The notes under the pieces were generated by a model. The model searched no databases and had not been told where the DNA came from. It saw nothing but the letters and a program-made list of their open reading frames with translations. A stretch of 53,606 bases of DNA, counting the filler, from Streblomastix strix (lineage: Eukaryota), in assembly GCA_008636045.1 (NCBI GenBank). It is 2 parts of 2 records of this genome, joined end to end, with 100 filler letters (N's around TTAATTAATTAA, not from the genome) between each part and the next. Parts side by side here need not be neighbours in the genome. Positions count along the whole stretch, not along the records: positions 26,871 to 53,606 come from SNRW01000156.1; 1 more part is not named here. The stretch is one strand, 5' to 3'. The translations under genes were made by a program, and so were the position numbers. This document shows, piece after piece, positions 35,227 to 50,200 of the stretch. Within the stretch, counting starts at the first letter, position 1. Every line of letters starts with the position of its first letter.

Positions 35227-38200
35227 TCATAAGTGAGAAATTTGAGGTTGTTAATTTGGAATAATAACACTTTTCAATTGGCGGACATCCTCCCTCATCG
35301 AGTCTAGAATGAGGAGGCTGTTATTCAGTTCTACATTTAACTCATCCACCGTGTGTTGCTGTGTCATATTGCTCTTCATTTCAGAGGTTTCGCTGGATGT
35401 AAGTACGTTTTGTGATGTGAATGATGAGGTGAGTTGTGTTTAGAGAGAAGTGGCATCTATATTGTTAAGAGTTACAGATTGATTTGCAGGAAACAGTTTG
35501 CTAAAATCAAGCTCTTCGTGAGTACAAACCAGCCTTAAGTACCTTTCTGTGGCTGTCATCTCAACAGGTTCCATTTTTATTATCGCGCAATAGCAGTTGA
35601 AATATGAGTTGTGATTATGTTCCTAGTTTACATGCTGTTCAAAAAGTTTATCACCTTCTTTGGTTCTCATGATTTTGCTTGTCTAACTCTCATCGAATTC
35701 CTCTTCATCTTCATCTTCATCAGATGTTGCATTATTGTCCTATTCATTATCATTTTCATTCTAATTATCTTCTTCATTTTCTATATCCATCTACTATGAG
35801 CTATTGCTTCTTCTTCTGTTTAACTCAGCAAGTTTGCCTGAAAACTCTTCTGTGCGTTTTCCACATATCAAACATTCAGTTTCCATAGCATTCTAAATTT
35901 GATCTCTTTCATCACGCTGTTCTGTGAATGAATCTATAATAATACCTTATAAGATATTCATAAGCATTACACCAAATACAATATAGACAAGAAGCGCCAT
36001 GACAACATTAAGCCAGTTGTCTCTCCCTATAAAATATTAGATAAATTTAAAAATCAAAAAAAAAAAAAAAATTCAAAAAAACCTAATAATTAGTTCATCC
36101 AATCACCAGGGCTTAAAAGTTACCAAATCATCATGGCGAAGCATCCAAGCAGTGTCTCGCAATATCTAACCTCTTGTCCAGTTTCAAGAGTTGCAACAAA
36201 TTGATCTTCCATGGCCCATTTGATGAATGCAGCAAACATATACATTACAAGCAAAGCGCATATTATAGTGAAGAAAAATACATAATAATTTCGTGCAAAA
36301 GTTGAAAGTACAGTTTTAAGTACAGAAGATGAAATAAAGAGTTCTATCATCATGAAACAGAAGAAATAAGGTGTTAGTACAATACCTAAGATAGAAAATA
36401 ATACCACCATTATAATGTATACGTGTTAGAATGAGAAGAAACAGCGAAATTTAACTAAAGTACGTCTCCATGTTTTAATATCAGTTGGTTTCCATCCTTT
36501 CTTTATCTTTTCTTATTCTGAACAATATTCAAACCATTTCTAATAATATATATTCAAATTCTTCATTATAAGAAAGACAATATATCTAATTACTAATAAC
36601 GTAAGCTAAATTACAGCAAGCACAGTAATTGCATTGTTCAATATATATTTTACACTGAATTGATTTTCTTCTGAAACAAAATTTAGGATAAATTCTTGGA
36701 AGAAAAGGAAAATATTAACAATAATTGTGCAAATTATAGATAAAATATGGATTACTGAGTATAGAGGAGTTTATGTGATTTTACTCAATACACGAGAAAC
36801 GATCCATTCGCTCTATTGATCTGCTTTGTGGACTACTTTATACAATGATTTAATCTTGCTGCTCAAAGCTTCTAATCTTTCCTCACCGCGATCTTATTAC
36901 CATGAATCTTTCCTGAGCTATTTTCTTTATTCTTTTTGTGCAAAGGAGGAAACTTTCGCAATTGGAAAATAAAATTCTGTGAGATATTTATTACCACGAT
37001 CGTTTCTTATAATTTCTACGTTATCAAGTTTGTTACTATAGTCCTTAAAGAATTACTAGTCATTAATTTATTCTAATCTACCCAAATTGTCATTTATCCT
37101 TTGTTCTTCTTTTGATCTGGCAGCCACTCCAGTAATCGACTGAGAAGTTACTGATGTTGAATAGGAACTTCCAAGAAATTCACCCAATCCTGATAAATGA
37201 GAATAACCAATGGTGTTAATATATCTCGTATATATACTTCGTAAAGTTGCTGAAGCGATAAAGAATCGCATTCCTTCTTACGTCATCTCTTATTATAATT
37301 ACTTGTGATTCTTTTGTATAATTTGAGCCAGATAATTAATTATCTTTTTTGTTATTCCTTCGTTTTCTTTTGATTTTTTTATCCTTAAATTGAATGAGAT
37401 TTAAATTGGTGGCATGTCCGAAAGATATTTTTGAATAGAAGTATAGGCAAGTTATTTGCGATTAATTGCATGAATTAAAGCACGATTATTTACTATTGCA
37501 TAGACATTCTCTGTGCTATCTGCTCCTTCTATTAAGCACATGAGAAGCAAAAGTGATTTTCTTATAATTTCTCTTTCTTCTCTTCCTGTTCCTCCTTCTA
37601 ATGATGCATTCTTTATTATTTCAGTTGAAGGTGAATCACGTAATCGCAAGAACGCAAACTTATTAGCAAGTGATTAATCAATTTCAATCTGATAATCTTC
37701 ATATGTTTATGTGCATGAAATCTAATCTTTCCTTATTGGTCCAAGTGAAAATAGTTTATCTCTATTTTTTCTATTAATATCTTTATGAATAATACTTTTG
37801 TCTGTTTATTTATATCCCAAGCTTAATGTACGCTATTTTTAATCTATTACATCCTAATCAACAGAAGCAATACTTATTGCACCATGGATTACAGACATTA
37901 ATTTGGATATTCCACCTTTTGCCTATCTCATAAACCATGAAGATATAAATTTATCTTCCTCTCTCTTCTTTCCAAGCATCATACTCACTTCTTTTAGAAG
38001 TGGCTATTCAAATGAGAAAGGTAATGAAAGCAGCTTTGCAATTACTTTTAATCCTCCAGCACTTATGAATCTCTTTTGATTTGCACTGTGAGGACCACGA
38101 ACCAGTCCAATAAGCGCATCTAACGTATGCGAGATCATTGTAGTGTTGCATTAATTCTTCCAACCAAAAGACATTTGTCGAGGTAATATTAATAACAAGA

Positions 38201-41200
38201 AGGAGACAAGAACTACTACAAAGTCGATCTAATCAAGATTCCGTGGATCTGTGTCCAATGGTTGAAGCTGAGGTGGACCAATTCGTGGAATTGAGGCAAA
38301 ATCAGCAAAATTAGAAGATGAAGAAGTGCTATTTTAGCCTGAATTAATTTGTTAATTGTCTTGATCGTTTTATCTGCCATCATATGTATTATTCACTGCA
38401 CGTACAACAACATTCTCTATAAAATCAGTTGGTAGAGAACATTTTAAATTCTCTGATAGAGGAGATCTTATATTTAAGCTTTCAATTTCGTCTCTTTATA
38501 AAATATTATATAAATCTTATGAAGCTTAATTCTAAACTTATACGACATTTCCACCTGAATTTACTTACTGCTGCTGAGGAGTGCTTTATTCTGAAATATT
38601 CTATTCCTGAGTATTTTTCTGATCTTTTGATTGTTGCTATTATTCTTGTTCATTGGGTTTATTAGAAATGTTTTTCTAACTATTGTTAGTCTCTTACTTA
38701 TTTATTTATTATTTTTATTCTTTCTAGTTGTTTATTTCTCCATCTTATTGCATATATTAACCTAAATCATTCAAACAGCTCTCAAATATTCTCTCATAAG
38801 AAGAAAGAACTCTCCGTCCAAAAACTTCCCTTCCCGAATTCTTTATTATCCTTTTGAAGATTATATTTAAATTATATCCCTGCTCAGCCAATACCCGCTC
38901 CTCAGGTACACCCAACAGTGCCTGCATTATCTCATTGTTTCCAGTACATAACCAACTCAAGAATCGTATTGATGTCTGTATGTAAATAGTGGATTCGTCG
39001 CCTTAGAAGATACTTCCTCTTAAGTTTGAATCTTCTTTTTGATTTGTATCTGATGTTCCACTACTTTTCTTCTCTTTTTATTCTTTCTTTGATTTGGTTT
39101 TAATATTCTATTCCAGTAATTTATATTCTACATTTTATAATTCCAACGGAATTAGAGGCTAAACAGATTGAAGGAATAAATGAAGTTATATTTTCATTCG
39201 ATCCTTCTTGTTAACTTTATCTAATACATTTGATTAAATTTATTTGGTTATTTAATTCTATTTAAGTTATAAATCTTCAAAGCTAATAATATCAGATGAA
39301 AGACATTCAGCTTGCGTTTCATCAAAATCATCTCTTTCGTTTAATCCAATTCCATCTGTTAAAGAACCAATTTTATTCCCCATAAACTATCTTTCTTCAT
39401 CTTTTTATATCAGTTTCTATCTTCGCTCATCAGAAAAATCAAAATTTTGGATAATCTACTCTTACGTTTTCATTAACTTTTTCTTTAGATAATGAGGAAA
39501 ATAAAATCGTTTCCTTGCTATGAGCTGAGCAATAATTTCAACCACAAACATAAACATCCAAGGAATTGGTTTGTCATTTGCAGCATAATTTTCTACTACA
39601 TCTTCATCTTCTTCTTCATAATTCTACGCATTCCATGATTTTTATTACTATTACTTTCCATGAGCTGAAGTTTGTACTTTTACTTGTTATTGATATAATC
39701 TACGAACTGATTGAGATTTGCGTTATTAAAGTAAAAGATCATTAATAGAGTGAGGTCCACCAACTGCAGCTATTAAAGCCTCCATTGAAGATATTGCAAT
39801 GAGCGGGTTTGAATCAGAGACAAGTACAATTAGTCGCCATGTTAGATTGCATTCCATAAGACGAACTCTAAATACATCTCTTTTATACTCAAGCTTCTCC
39901 AGTGCAATTAGATTCCGAACAGTACGCAAGATATGAAGTGTTAAAACAGAACTTTGCATATTCCCTGCATTATGTTCGAATTCAATTTCTTTATTAAGAG
40001 CATTAGAACTAAATTGAGTTAATTAAAATGATTAAATATTTCCCAATTAACTTTTTTCATTACCATTTTAAGATGAATTCTAATTATTTGAACCTCCTTA
40101 ATAATATCTCTATGGAGTATTACTCTAGTTCCAGCCTTCTTTGTCTTTTGTATCATATAAAAGCAAAGAAGCAAATCTTTATAATTTCTCCTGTTTATTC
40201 TTCAGTTCTCTGACAAATGTTGTGAAAACCTCCTAACCTCTTGCGCGGTTCATTTGTTTTGTAGCAAGGAGTTAGGCACCTATTCGGCTTGAATAGACTG
40301 TCCAAATCTATGCAACAAGTTATGAAATTTCCAATTATTGTTTGTATATATCTTGAATGGTTTTTTATTTTTTTGATTTTATTCCAGAACTTATATTAGA
40401 TGATAAATTATTACTTTATATGCTAATTTATAAATTTAGATTTTATGGTATCAATTGTGAATCAAATTATTTACTTCTATTATAATTTTCTTTCCTTTTT
40501 TCTTGTTATCTTTTTATTTCCTTTTCCTGATTTATAAACATTTCTCTAAAGCTTTTATTGAAAGCGAATTATGTTTGTAAAGATTTTCTAAATATTGATA
40601 TTAACGCTTACTTAGAACGCAGATGTTTATATGATAAAAGATGTTATGCTTAATTTGAGATTTTCTAAGAGTCGATTTTAGGCAATTCTATATCATCTGA
40701 AGTATTTTAACTAAGAAAAGCAGCTTATTTAGAATATAACTATGAGAATTTAGGAGATTTTAATTATTTTGAGTGTGGCGATTTTGGAGAAGTGAGTTAC
40801 TCTTAAGAACTAATTTTTGGGGAATGAATTTTAAGCATTTTACGAGAATTTTATTTTCTTAGCTTATCTTATTATTAGTATCGATGTGTTGGATTAATCT
40901 CTTCCATTTCAATTAATTATTTATTATTTATTTTCCATTTATCTTTCTCTTATTTTACTAATTCACTTTTATCTTTCTCTTTCTCTTTCTCTTTCACTTT
41001 TTCTTTCACATTATCTTTTTCTTTCACTTTATCTTTTTCCTTTTCTTTCTTTTTTACCTTTTCTTTTTATTAAACGTTTTCCTTCTCTTTCTCTTTTTCT
41101 TTCTCGTTCTCATTCTCTTTTTTTATCTCTTTCCTATTTTATTTCAATAATTTTTCAACCTGCTTTTCTATCTCTCTTTCTTTCTTCTTATCTCCCAATT

Positions 41201-44200
41201 CTTCAACAGTATTTGCTTCTTCAATAAATTTAGATTAATCATCTTCATTTAAGATCTGATCTTGATTGACAAAAAGCGTTATCTTTTCTTCTATTTCTGA
41301 TGGAAACCTAATAAAAGGCAACATAAGTGTATTTTGCAAAATATAATGAGTGCACGACACAATTGCTTCTCTAAGCGGTTCATCTGTAGCAGCTAAGACA
41401 CGAACAGCAACCTGTGGAAGTACATAGAAACAAGATTATAAAGCCTTATCCTCCAAAGATATAAACTAATTCATCCGAGGAGTATTAAGTAATGAAGAAG
41501 GAGGATCAGTTAATGTTGATGATGGACTTAAAGGAGGTGATTGGATTAGAGATTTTGACTATTTTTTATCCCTTTTCTTTTATTAATAATTATGTTGAAG
41601 TGATGTGGGTGAAGAATTTGGAGAAAGAAAATTGTTAAAAGATTATACACCCTCTCCATCAGCCTATGGGGATAAAGCAGGCATCTAAATATTAGGCTGC
41701 TTGTTAAATAGAGATATTCCTAACAATCCTTAACTTGATCTATTTATATCCACTGGACTGAATTCAACAGCCATAACGCGGAAAATTTGATATAAAGGTT
41801 ATAATTGAGTGGTTTGCTCTAAATAAATATTACTCAATTCATCTGTAGAATTATATTACATGCTATTTCTCTTCAAGATGGATTATCTTTTAGCTTTCTT
41901 CATTAATTGTATAGCAAGCTTTTCATCAGAAACACTCAAAAACTGAGGTTTGATTCCCTTATCACTCCATTATCCTGTTTCTTTCTCCAAATAGAAATCA
42001 TTCCCAACATAAAGACTTGCTGCTTTATTATCCTGCAATTATGTGTCTTTATTTTAATATTGATTCTTTTTTGGAGAGATAAAAGGAAGATAAGGATTTT
42101 CGCCTCGTAGAATACGAGCTAAAAACAAGATGCTACAACAAGTTCGTAATAAAGGTCCATGAGTTTGTAAACAGAATATTAATGATAAAATAAGAGGGTT
42201 CATTTCTGCACCCTGTGTTTCACTTATATGTATTTGTTAACTTGAGGGCTGGAATTGTGAAGTTTGTGATGCTGGATTTTGTTATTGCGAATTTAATATA
42301 GGAAGTTATATTTGAGACGAAGATTGTTACTAATCTGGTTTTAATTTAGATGTAGGAGCAGTGAGTGACTGTGAGAAACTATGCAATATACTTGTATTTG
42401 AGTTAAATAGAGAGAGAAGTACAGACAAAATTCGGCTGTTGGAGTATATATAGGCCATTTGTCTCAATTATACATCTCTAATCACTATATCTTGTTCAAC
42501 CCTTGATGAGTATTCTCTTTCCTCCTATTGTCTGAGATCAAGAGTTTACCAATCGTCAGTGATATCTTCTTTGTTAACGCTACTCTAAGATTGTTATAAT
42601 TATTATTTCTAGAATTCTTCTTTTTACTATTGATTCATTAATCGAGAAGTCTACTAATTTTGAGTATTTTTAAATTTTTATAATTATTATTATTATGATG
42701 TAAGATTCTTCAGAACAATCTCTTTATGACTTAACACATGTTATATATATTCATCATCAGTCATTTCATCATATGTTTTGAATTCAGTTCCTTTAGCTCC
42801 TTATTAATTCGCTTTCTTACCAAAGAGATAACTGCGCATAGAATTCAAACCTTATTAAAGAATCTGATCATCAAGATTGTAAAGAAGAAGCATGTTCTCA
42901 AACGGAACGTCAAAATTTTCATCGGGATCAACATATAACTATTGAATATTCTGAGATAAAGCCAATCCAAGTTCTTCTACTCGTCTACGTGGTTATATTT
43001 ATAAATCATTCTCAGAATTTGATGATTTCCCAAGATTATTGAATCCAAACGCTTGCATTTGCAAAGGAAGATTTAGTAGTGATCGCTATTTAGGCTTTTG
43101 TCCATATATTTACCTATTTTGTGTCATTAATCCAATTGACAATCCCAAATTCAATTCTAATTCTTATTCTTATTATCCTCTAGCTGAATCAATCGTACTT
43201 CTTAATCTTCCTGAGCTACTCCCTCTTGAACTATCTAATTCAAAATCAGATCCTTTTGTTTATTAAATTGGATTTATCCCTAAGAAGGAAAAAGTCTGTT
43301 TTTTTGTTTTGGAAATTGAGGTTAATGAGGTTATGTCAATATTCTCTCCATGTAGCTATACAAGTGTTCTGACTTCTTCTTTCTTTTTCATTGCTATAAA
43401 TTTAGATAGAATATTTCCAATCTTCCACCAATGGTCATAAATAAATGGAATAAATATAGAACACATTGAACCGAGAAGTGGAAGGAGATCAGCAAAAAGA
43501 ACCTGTGAGAGTTATCTAAATAAGAAAACTGGATTATTCAATCTGCGGTGGTGCATGAATTAATAAAAGTATTCATTATCTTCTGAACTCAACAAATCAA
43601 TGTTATTAATATCACTTATCTCTTATTGGACGTCTTAAAATAAATCACTCTAGTTTATTTACGATGATATTTATAATTATTCTTACAAAATTTATGTTTC
43701 ATTTTAATATTATTATGATTCATCATAACTCGAATTGCAATCTTATAAAAATACTAGTACAAGGTTTGGATTGTTTGTTGAGTAAGGAGTAACCATATTC
43801 TTTGCAGTACTAAATTGGTTCGGGTCTTTTCGTAAAGAGGAAAGTGAGACTGAAAGAGGCGTAATATCAACTGATAAACCAGCTTGCATAAGATGTATTT
43901 CACTTTCTCTTTCATATGCAGCAAGTCTGTGAATGTCTTCAATGGCCATATTACCACTTCCATAATTGAAACTTTTATTCTTTAATTAAATTCGAGATGA
44001 AGAAGTGATATTCCATTTAGCTATTCTTCCTTATTCAATTTAATCTGCATTAAAATTATATTTCTTTTTCATTAATCTCTTTAAAATTTTGTGCTTCTCA
44101 AATTTTAATTTATTCAATTGAACTACATCATTTTCAATTATTTTTCCTGCATGAAAACTGTGATATGGAACACAAAGTTCATACTGTCTCTAATGAAGAG

Positions 44201-47200
44201 CAGATTGCCATTATTGTTATTTTCTTTTGTTTTTATTTTCAATACTAACTTATTAAGCTCGAGATAAATTGCGTGGTTCATCAAATTACTCATCATCATA
44301 ATAATCATCAACTTCAAAATCGTCTTCATCTTTTTCTTTTTTTCTCTTATTAACAACAGCCATTCTGAGCATTGGAATTAAAGACAGCCCAATAATCTCA
44401 CAAAGAACACCAGAGACGCATTCACATTCACGAGCAGTCCAAACAGCTGCTTATATTGCTGATCTTCTTTCTTAAGGTGTTAATTAAATAATTGATTTTG
44501 ATCTAGTGAGAATCGAATTGATTAATGTTGTGTAGAGTGAGACTGTGATCTATGGAAGGTCTATGGCATTATGTGTCAGTGTATGTGTGATGCATGGGAA
44601 GGTTACTATTTGTTTTGCAAAATGAATAATGGGTTCTGACTATTATTATTATTACTAATCTTAACTTGATTGATAAGAAAAGTCGGATTTATTATCAGAA
44701 GCAGAAGATGATTCTGAAGTTGTAATGAAAGAATTTGAAGCTCTCGGATCAAGATCTTCTTTTGTGATAGATATAAGAAGTGTAAGCAGAGAGGAATGTT
44801 CAGTTTGAAGAATTTGTATACGATCGAATAGTTCAGAAAATAAAATAAAAATTTATTCAATTGCCAAAATGCATATTTCATCTTTCTTTAACTCTTACTC
44901 ATATTCTTCTTCATTGTTATATAAACCCATTTCTAATTCATATTCAATATATTCGTCTGTATCTGTGTTTTGGTCAAAAGTTCTTTATCTTAATAAATTC
45001 TTTACTTTTGTTATTATTATTTGAAAATCTATAATCACAGGTTCAAACATCAAAGCATTTTGAATCTTTTGAACATAGACCAATCCTTCATATTCATCAA
45101 ATGTTTGTGGTTTGAAAGGAAAAGGTGTATTAATAATATTGATATTATTGTCTAATTCTTAATCAAATTAATTTTCATTGTCTTTTTCTTTATTAAATTG
45201 ATTTTTTTAGTCAATTTCTTATTTATCCTATTCCTCTCTCCCTAATTAACCTTCAATCTATTTTTGATTCTTTCTTTTCTTCTCTTTTTCATTCCTCTCC
45301 ATTCTAAGCAAGGCTTCTATAGCATGGTGAATTACATTGAGTGCTTGGCGGTAAAGTAACGAAGAAGCAACTGGAACAGCAGAGAAATAAAACTGAGAAT
45401 CTTGATTCCTTTAATTTTGCTCAAATGTCTTCGTATCTCCAACTTCTTCATCGGGATCAAGCAAGTTGAATTTATCTGTTTATTATTATTATTATTAATT
45501 GTTATATTAATCAGATTAAAACTCTTAATCTTATAAAATAGATGTATATGTTGTATTTCCCTTCTATGTAGCAATGAAACGAGAGAAAGATTCGGGTATA
45601 TACGAACGAACTGTTGGTATTTCAACGCCTTTTTATGATAATTCGAGAAATGCATTCAAAATTTCGCCAAGTGTTTTCAGATTTAGGAGTTTCTTTTTAT
45701 CTGATAAATCTTTTCTTTTTTCTTTCTAATTGGATTTCTTTTATTCTTTCTTCTAAACTCTTTATGAAGATAACGAATCAACAGTTCTATAAAATGAATT
45801 CCTGGATAATTTCTTTCCTGAATCAATTTTTTCTCCACTTTCATTCCCTTATGTGTTTATCATCTAATATTAAGGGCTTTACATAATTTTTGTTATTTTT
45901 TCCTTCTCTATTTGTTGCAGAAGAGTGATTCTCTCAAATATTTATTCAATGATATCGTTAATTTATTCTTCCTCTGAATCAGTCTGCATTCCATACTATG
46001 TTACACTATCTGATTAAGATAGAATCTTGGAAATAAATATTTGATTCTTTGTAATAGGTTAAGAAATAGAAACAAGTGGATTTGATATTTGTTGCTCTTA
46101 TTCTTCATTGTTCAATTATTCTGAAAATTCATCATCTTCACCCATCTCTTTTTCGCCCTCATCTTTTTTCACTTTTTTAGTAGAATTAATTCTTGTAAAT
46201 TGTTTTGATGGGAATCCGCAGAGAGAAGAAAAAAGCTCAGCAAATAAAGGAATACCAATTTAATAAGGATTTTCCCTTTATTAGAAATTGGATCCTCCAA
46301 TTAATGACATATTTTAATTATTCATCATTGTTAAAAAGTAAGAATCTATGCCATCTTTACCAATATCATATTATATTATTTTGAAAATATTATCTGTATT
46401 TCCATTGTTGGTGCTGTTGATTAGCTTGCTCAAGAATTGCAAGTCTTTAAAATTCTTATTCCTTTAAATTCTTCTCTATCTTCTGTTTTCTGCTGTTTGT
46501 TTCTTTAATTTTATATATTGTATGAAAATATCAATAAGATAGTGTATATCCTGCTCACTTACCTAATTTCTAAATGATTCAGTCCTTAAAAGCACTAAAA
46601 ACAAAAGAGCAGCTGACATGTTCTTTTTTCCAATCTCGCCGATTATGATTGGAACAATTGGACGAAGTAATGTTGATAGAGAATCATCAAGTTCTCTCTG
46701 ATGAGCAAGCAGAATCAAAGTTAAAAGTTGGAATATCTGCGAAAGTAGCGGAGTGAATTTAGAATATCTGGGAAGTTAAAGGATTGTATAGAGGAGCATT
46801 TGAGGGATATCAAGTGATGACAGGAGATGAATAGTATATAAAGATGGTAATTTAAGATCATTCTAAAATTATTGATCTTTATTATCATTGTTTTGGTTCT
46901 AATAATTCGCGTTATTTGGAATATTAGGACTTAATAATTCTACTTCTTTCATTTTATTTGTGAATTCTTCTTCTTAAATAAAAGATACAAAAGGATTGAA
47001 TCGAGAGGGAATAGATATAAGCTAATTATCTTCTTTTACTTTCATCTGAATTTCTGGAATTAAATACTAGAACATTTTTTCTATTTAATTTTCTTCCCAT
47101 TTTTACAAGAGTGATCGCAATTGTTTCGTGGTAAATTTTGCTGCATCATATATTTAAACTTGCATTACAATCAACAAATTCTCAAAAACTTATTCATTCT

Positions 47201-50200
47201 GCTAATCACGAAGCTACTTTCTGCTTTCATCATTTTTTATATTCTCTGATTATACAATCTATTCATTTGTTATTTTATTGTCTTTATCTTTATTCTTATT
47301 ATCATCATCCTTATCATCAACTTTATCATCATCTAATCCTAATTCTTCTTCTTCATCATCATCTATTTCTTCAACTTCAACATCAAAATCACCTAATAAT
47401 TACTCTTTATTCTTCCTGAATGCAGAAAGCTAGTTCTATGTTATTAAAATCAGTCTTTAAACACAAAATGAAGCCATTAAAATGTTTCCTGATGTTTATG
47501 GTGATTGAATGAAGGATCTTATGAAAGCGACGATTTATTTAACCATTTCCTCTTCTAAACCTCGTCCTGCCTCAGTTGATATTGTCATTTATTATAACGA
47601 ATAAACAATTGCAGGGATATTATCTCTACAGCACATCAAATAGCCAAATCTTCCCCTATTGATTCGAGGATGCTCTAATGAAAGCATCGTTGAATTAAGG
47701 AATTCATGGCTTAAAAATAATGAAAGTTTAATTGCTGTTTTAGTATTAGCTTCGAATTGCTCATAACTGTTGTATTTCACAACTCTAGTAAGTGCAGTAG
47801 TGAGTGTTTTCAGAGAATTATAAAAGGATTTGTTACTTTTAAATACAGATTAGGACAGTTTTGCAATCTCATTCTTCATTTATTTACTAAACAATTATTA
47901 ATTAAATCCTTATTTTGGCATTTATGCTTGCAATCTAAGCGCAATCATTTTATTTATATTCTATTTGTGTTATCTAAGTTCGTCTGTTATATCTTCAATA
48001 AATATATTCCAAAGAGATTTTATTTATTCTTGTCTAATACAAGCTTCACTTAATAATAATAATGAAATCAGCATTTATTGAATTGTCTCAAAATGAAAAG
48101 TCTATTATAGATTTCCTCTCAATTATTTCCCCAAATGAATCAGTTGGCTTTTTGCTTATAATTACTATTATTGATCCAAATTATTCTATTTTGCTATTAT
48201 TGGCTGCATTTTGTAAGCAGGTGAATCAGCTTTCAAATTCTTCACGAATAACATTTTCATAACATTCCTCGGGATAATTTTGTGTATCTTATATTCAATA
48301 TCTTATTCAGGGATTTCACCTGAAAAGTTTTCGTCAAGAAGTGGTGCCAATACTAAAAGTGTTGCCACACCCATGCAGATATTGCTGTCTAAATCATTAA
48401 AATGCACAAATCCAGCTAAAATCAGAGAGAAAAGGACATGAAGAACTTCTTTCATCTGAAGAAGCTTACTTCCTTTCTATTTGGAATCTAACAACCAATT
48501 TGCAGAATCTAAAATTGATTAAGTAGATATTACAAAATAAAATTTCCTATCTTCAAATTCAGGGTTTTCAACAACTTTCAAAAATTCTCCAGTTTAATTT
48601 GCATGTAAATATCTTAATTCTTTATATTGATCCTTCATCTTTTCAGGAATCAATGTAAAATATTGGTTGGAAAAAAATGGTGGCCAAACTCGCGGTATTT
48701 ACCTCATAACTACCTATTCAGCATTTCGCTATACTTCTAAAAGCTGCTTTTGGTTATGATCAATAAAATTGTTTTGACTTTCAGGTTTAAAAAAAGGTTT
48801 CATAAATTTTGAATTTGAAATTAACTATGATTATGAATATTTGTGTTAAATTTTTTTCTAATTCATTAATTAAGGAGATTGAAGTTGATATGAATCAGAC
48901 GAATCTTAAGTTTATTCTGGATCTGGTGCAATAGCTCTGATATAATTTGTTCCATTAGGATTAGCAAATTGACCCAAGAAAGCACATATATATTCATACA
49001 AATTCTCCATTACTCCACCAAGCACAATACTCTTCATTAAAATTTAATTTTTAATATCTTGACCAATAAGTTTTGATCTTGAACTAATTTGTTAAGTAGG
49101 AATTAAAGTTGATTAAGTTTTCAAGGTTGATTGTAATTATTTATCATTCTAAAATGCTTCTTGTTTTAATAGTTCATTACTAGGATTGCTTTTATCATTT
49201 TCATCTATTGTTTGTAGTTATGTTTCTTATTATTAAATGTAATTTTGATCGGGTGGGAAAATGTCCTTCATTTTGATCATATGAATGTGAGTAATACGGA
49301 AAAGAGAATGTTCGGGGCTTAATATGACTGAATGGTGCAGAAGAGACAAAGCAGCAATTCGAACTTGTTCTGGAAACTCAGCAGCTCTGACGATGTACAG
49401 AAGAGCATGTGGCGGAAATGCTTTGTTTACGTGAGCAATGTTTACAGAATGCCTTCCCATGCACATATCACGCATCAGTCTAAAGCTAAACACTAAATAT
49501 GTCTGAAGGAGATTCTTTCTTTATCTTTGTGCTTCTTCAATCTCATCTTCTTCTTCTAAATCTTCGTCATCTGTTTCTTTAGTATCAGTTAATTTATTGG
49601 TTAATTTGTCAAATCCACCTCTTACCATCATTGTATTTTACTTTATAAGGAATTTTAATCCCTTTCCAGAAGTCATTTTAGCTTTTGTCTATTATTGTAG
49701 CTATTAAGTTTAAGCAGGTTATTCTTATGAGATATTTTAGACTTATTATGGCAGAATAGCATTTTCTTCTGATTCCTACTTACCTTCAGGCTGCTCGTTT
49801 GATTTATCATCTTTTTTCCTTTTCCTTACACACAGCTATAATATATTTATTTCACCAGCAATGCATTTGACCATCATTTGTACCGTAGAAACAGGATTTG
49901 ACTGAACTAGTTCTCTTTGTTAGGCTTATGAAATATGTGGTTTTACCTGAGTATTTGGATCATATAGGAAAAATGCATCGCTTCTTTCGTCATCTTAATT
50001 CGCATCGGCATCTTATGTCAAAAACAAGTTTATATTTCCAGCACTTTATGTATTATGAGAATATTTTGGATGAATTGACTGGTACGGACCTGGAGAAAGA
50101 GAGATTGGTTCTGGTGTAATCACTGGAGTAGAAAGAGGAGATTTGGATTATTGGATATTAGGTTATGTAAATGATTTATTATCAAACATTAATTCAGATT

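Noticed and set aside
31084..47419. Hydrophobic 'membrane protein' ORFs in the supplied track (e.g. 31084-31323 minus, 35611-35799 plus, 47138-47419 plus)
   Set aside because: They are antisense or off-frame shadows of Q/E/K/D-rich regions of the real TAR=Gln genes.
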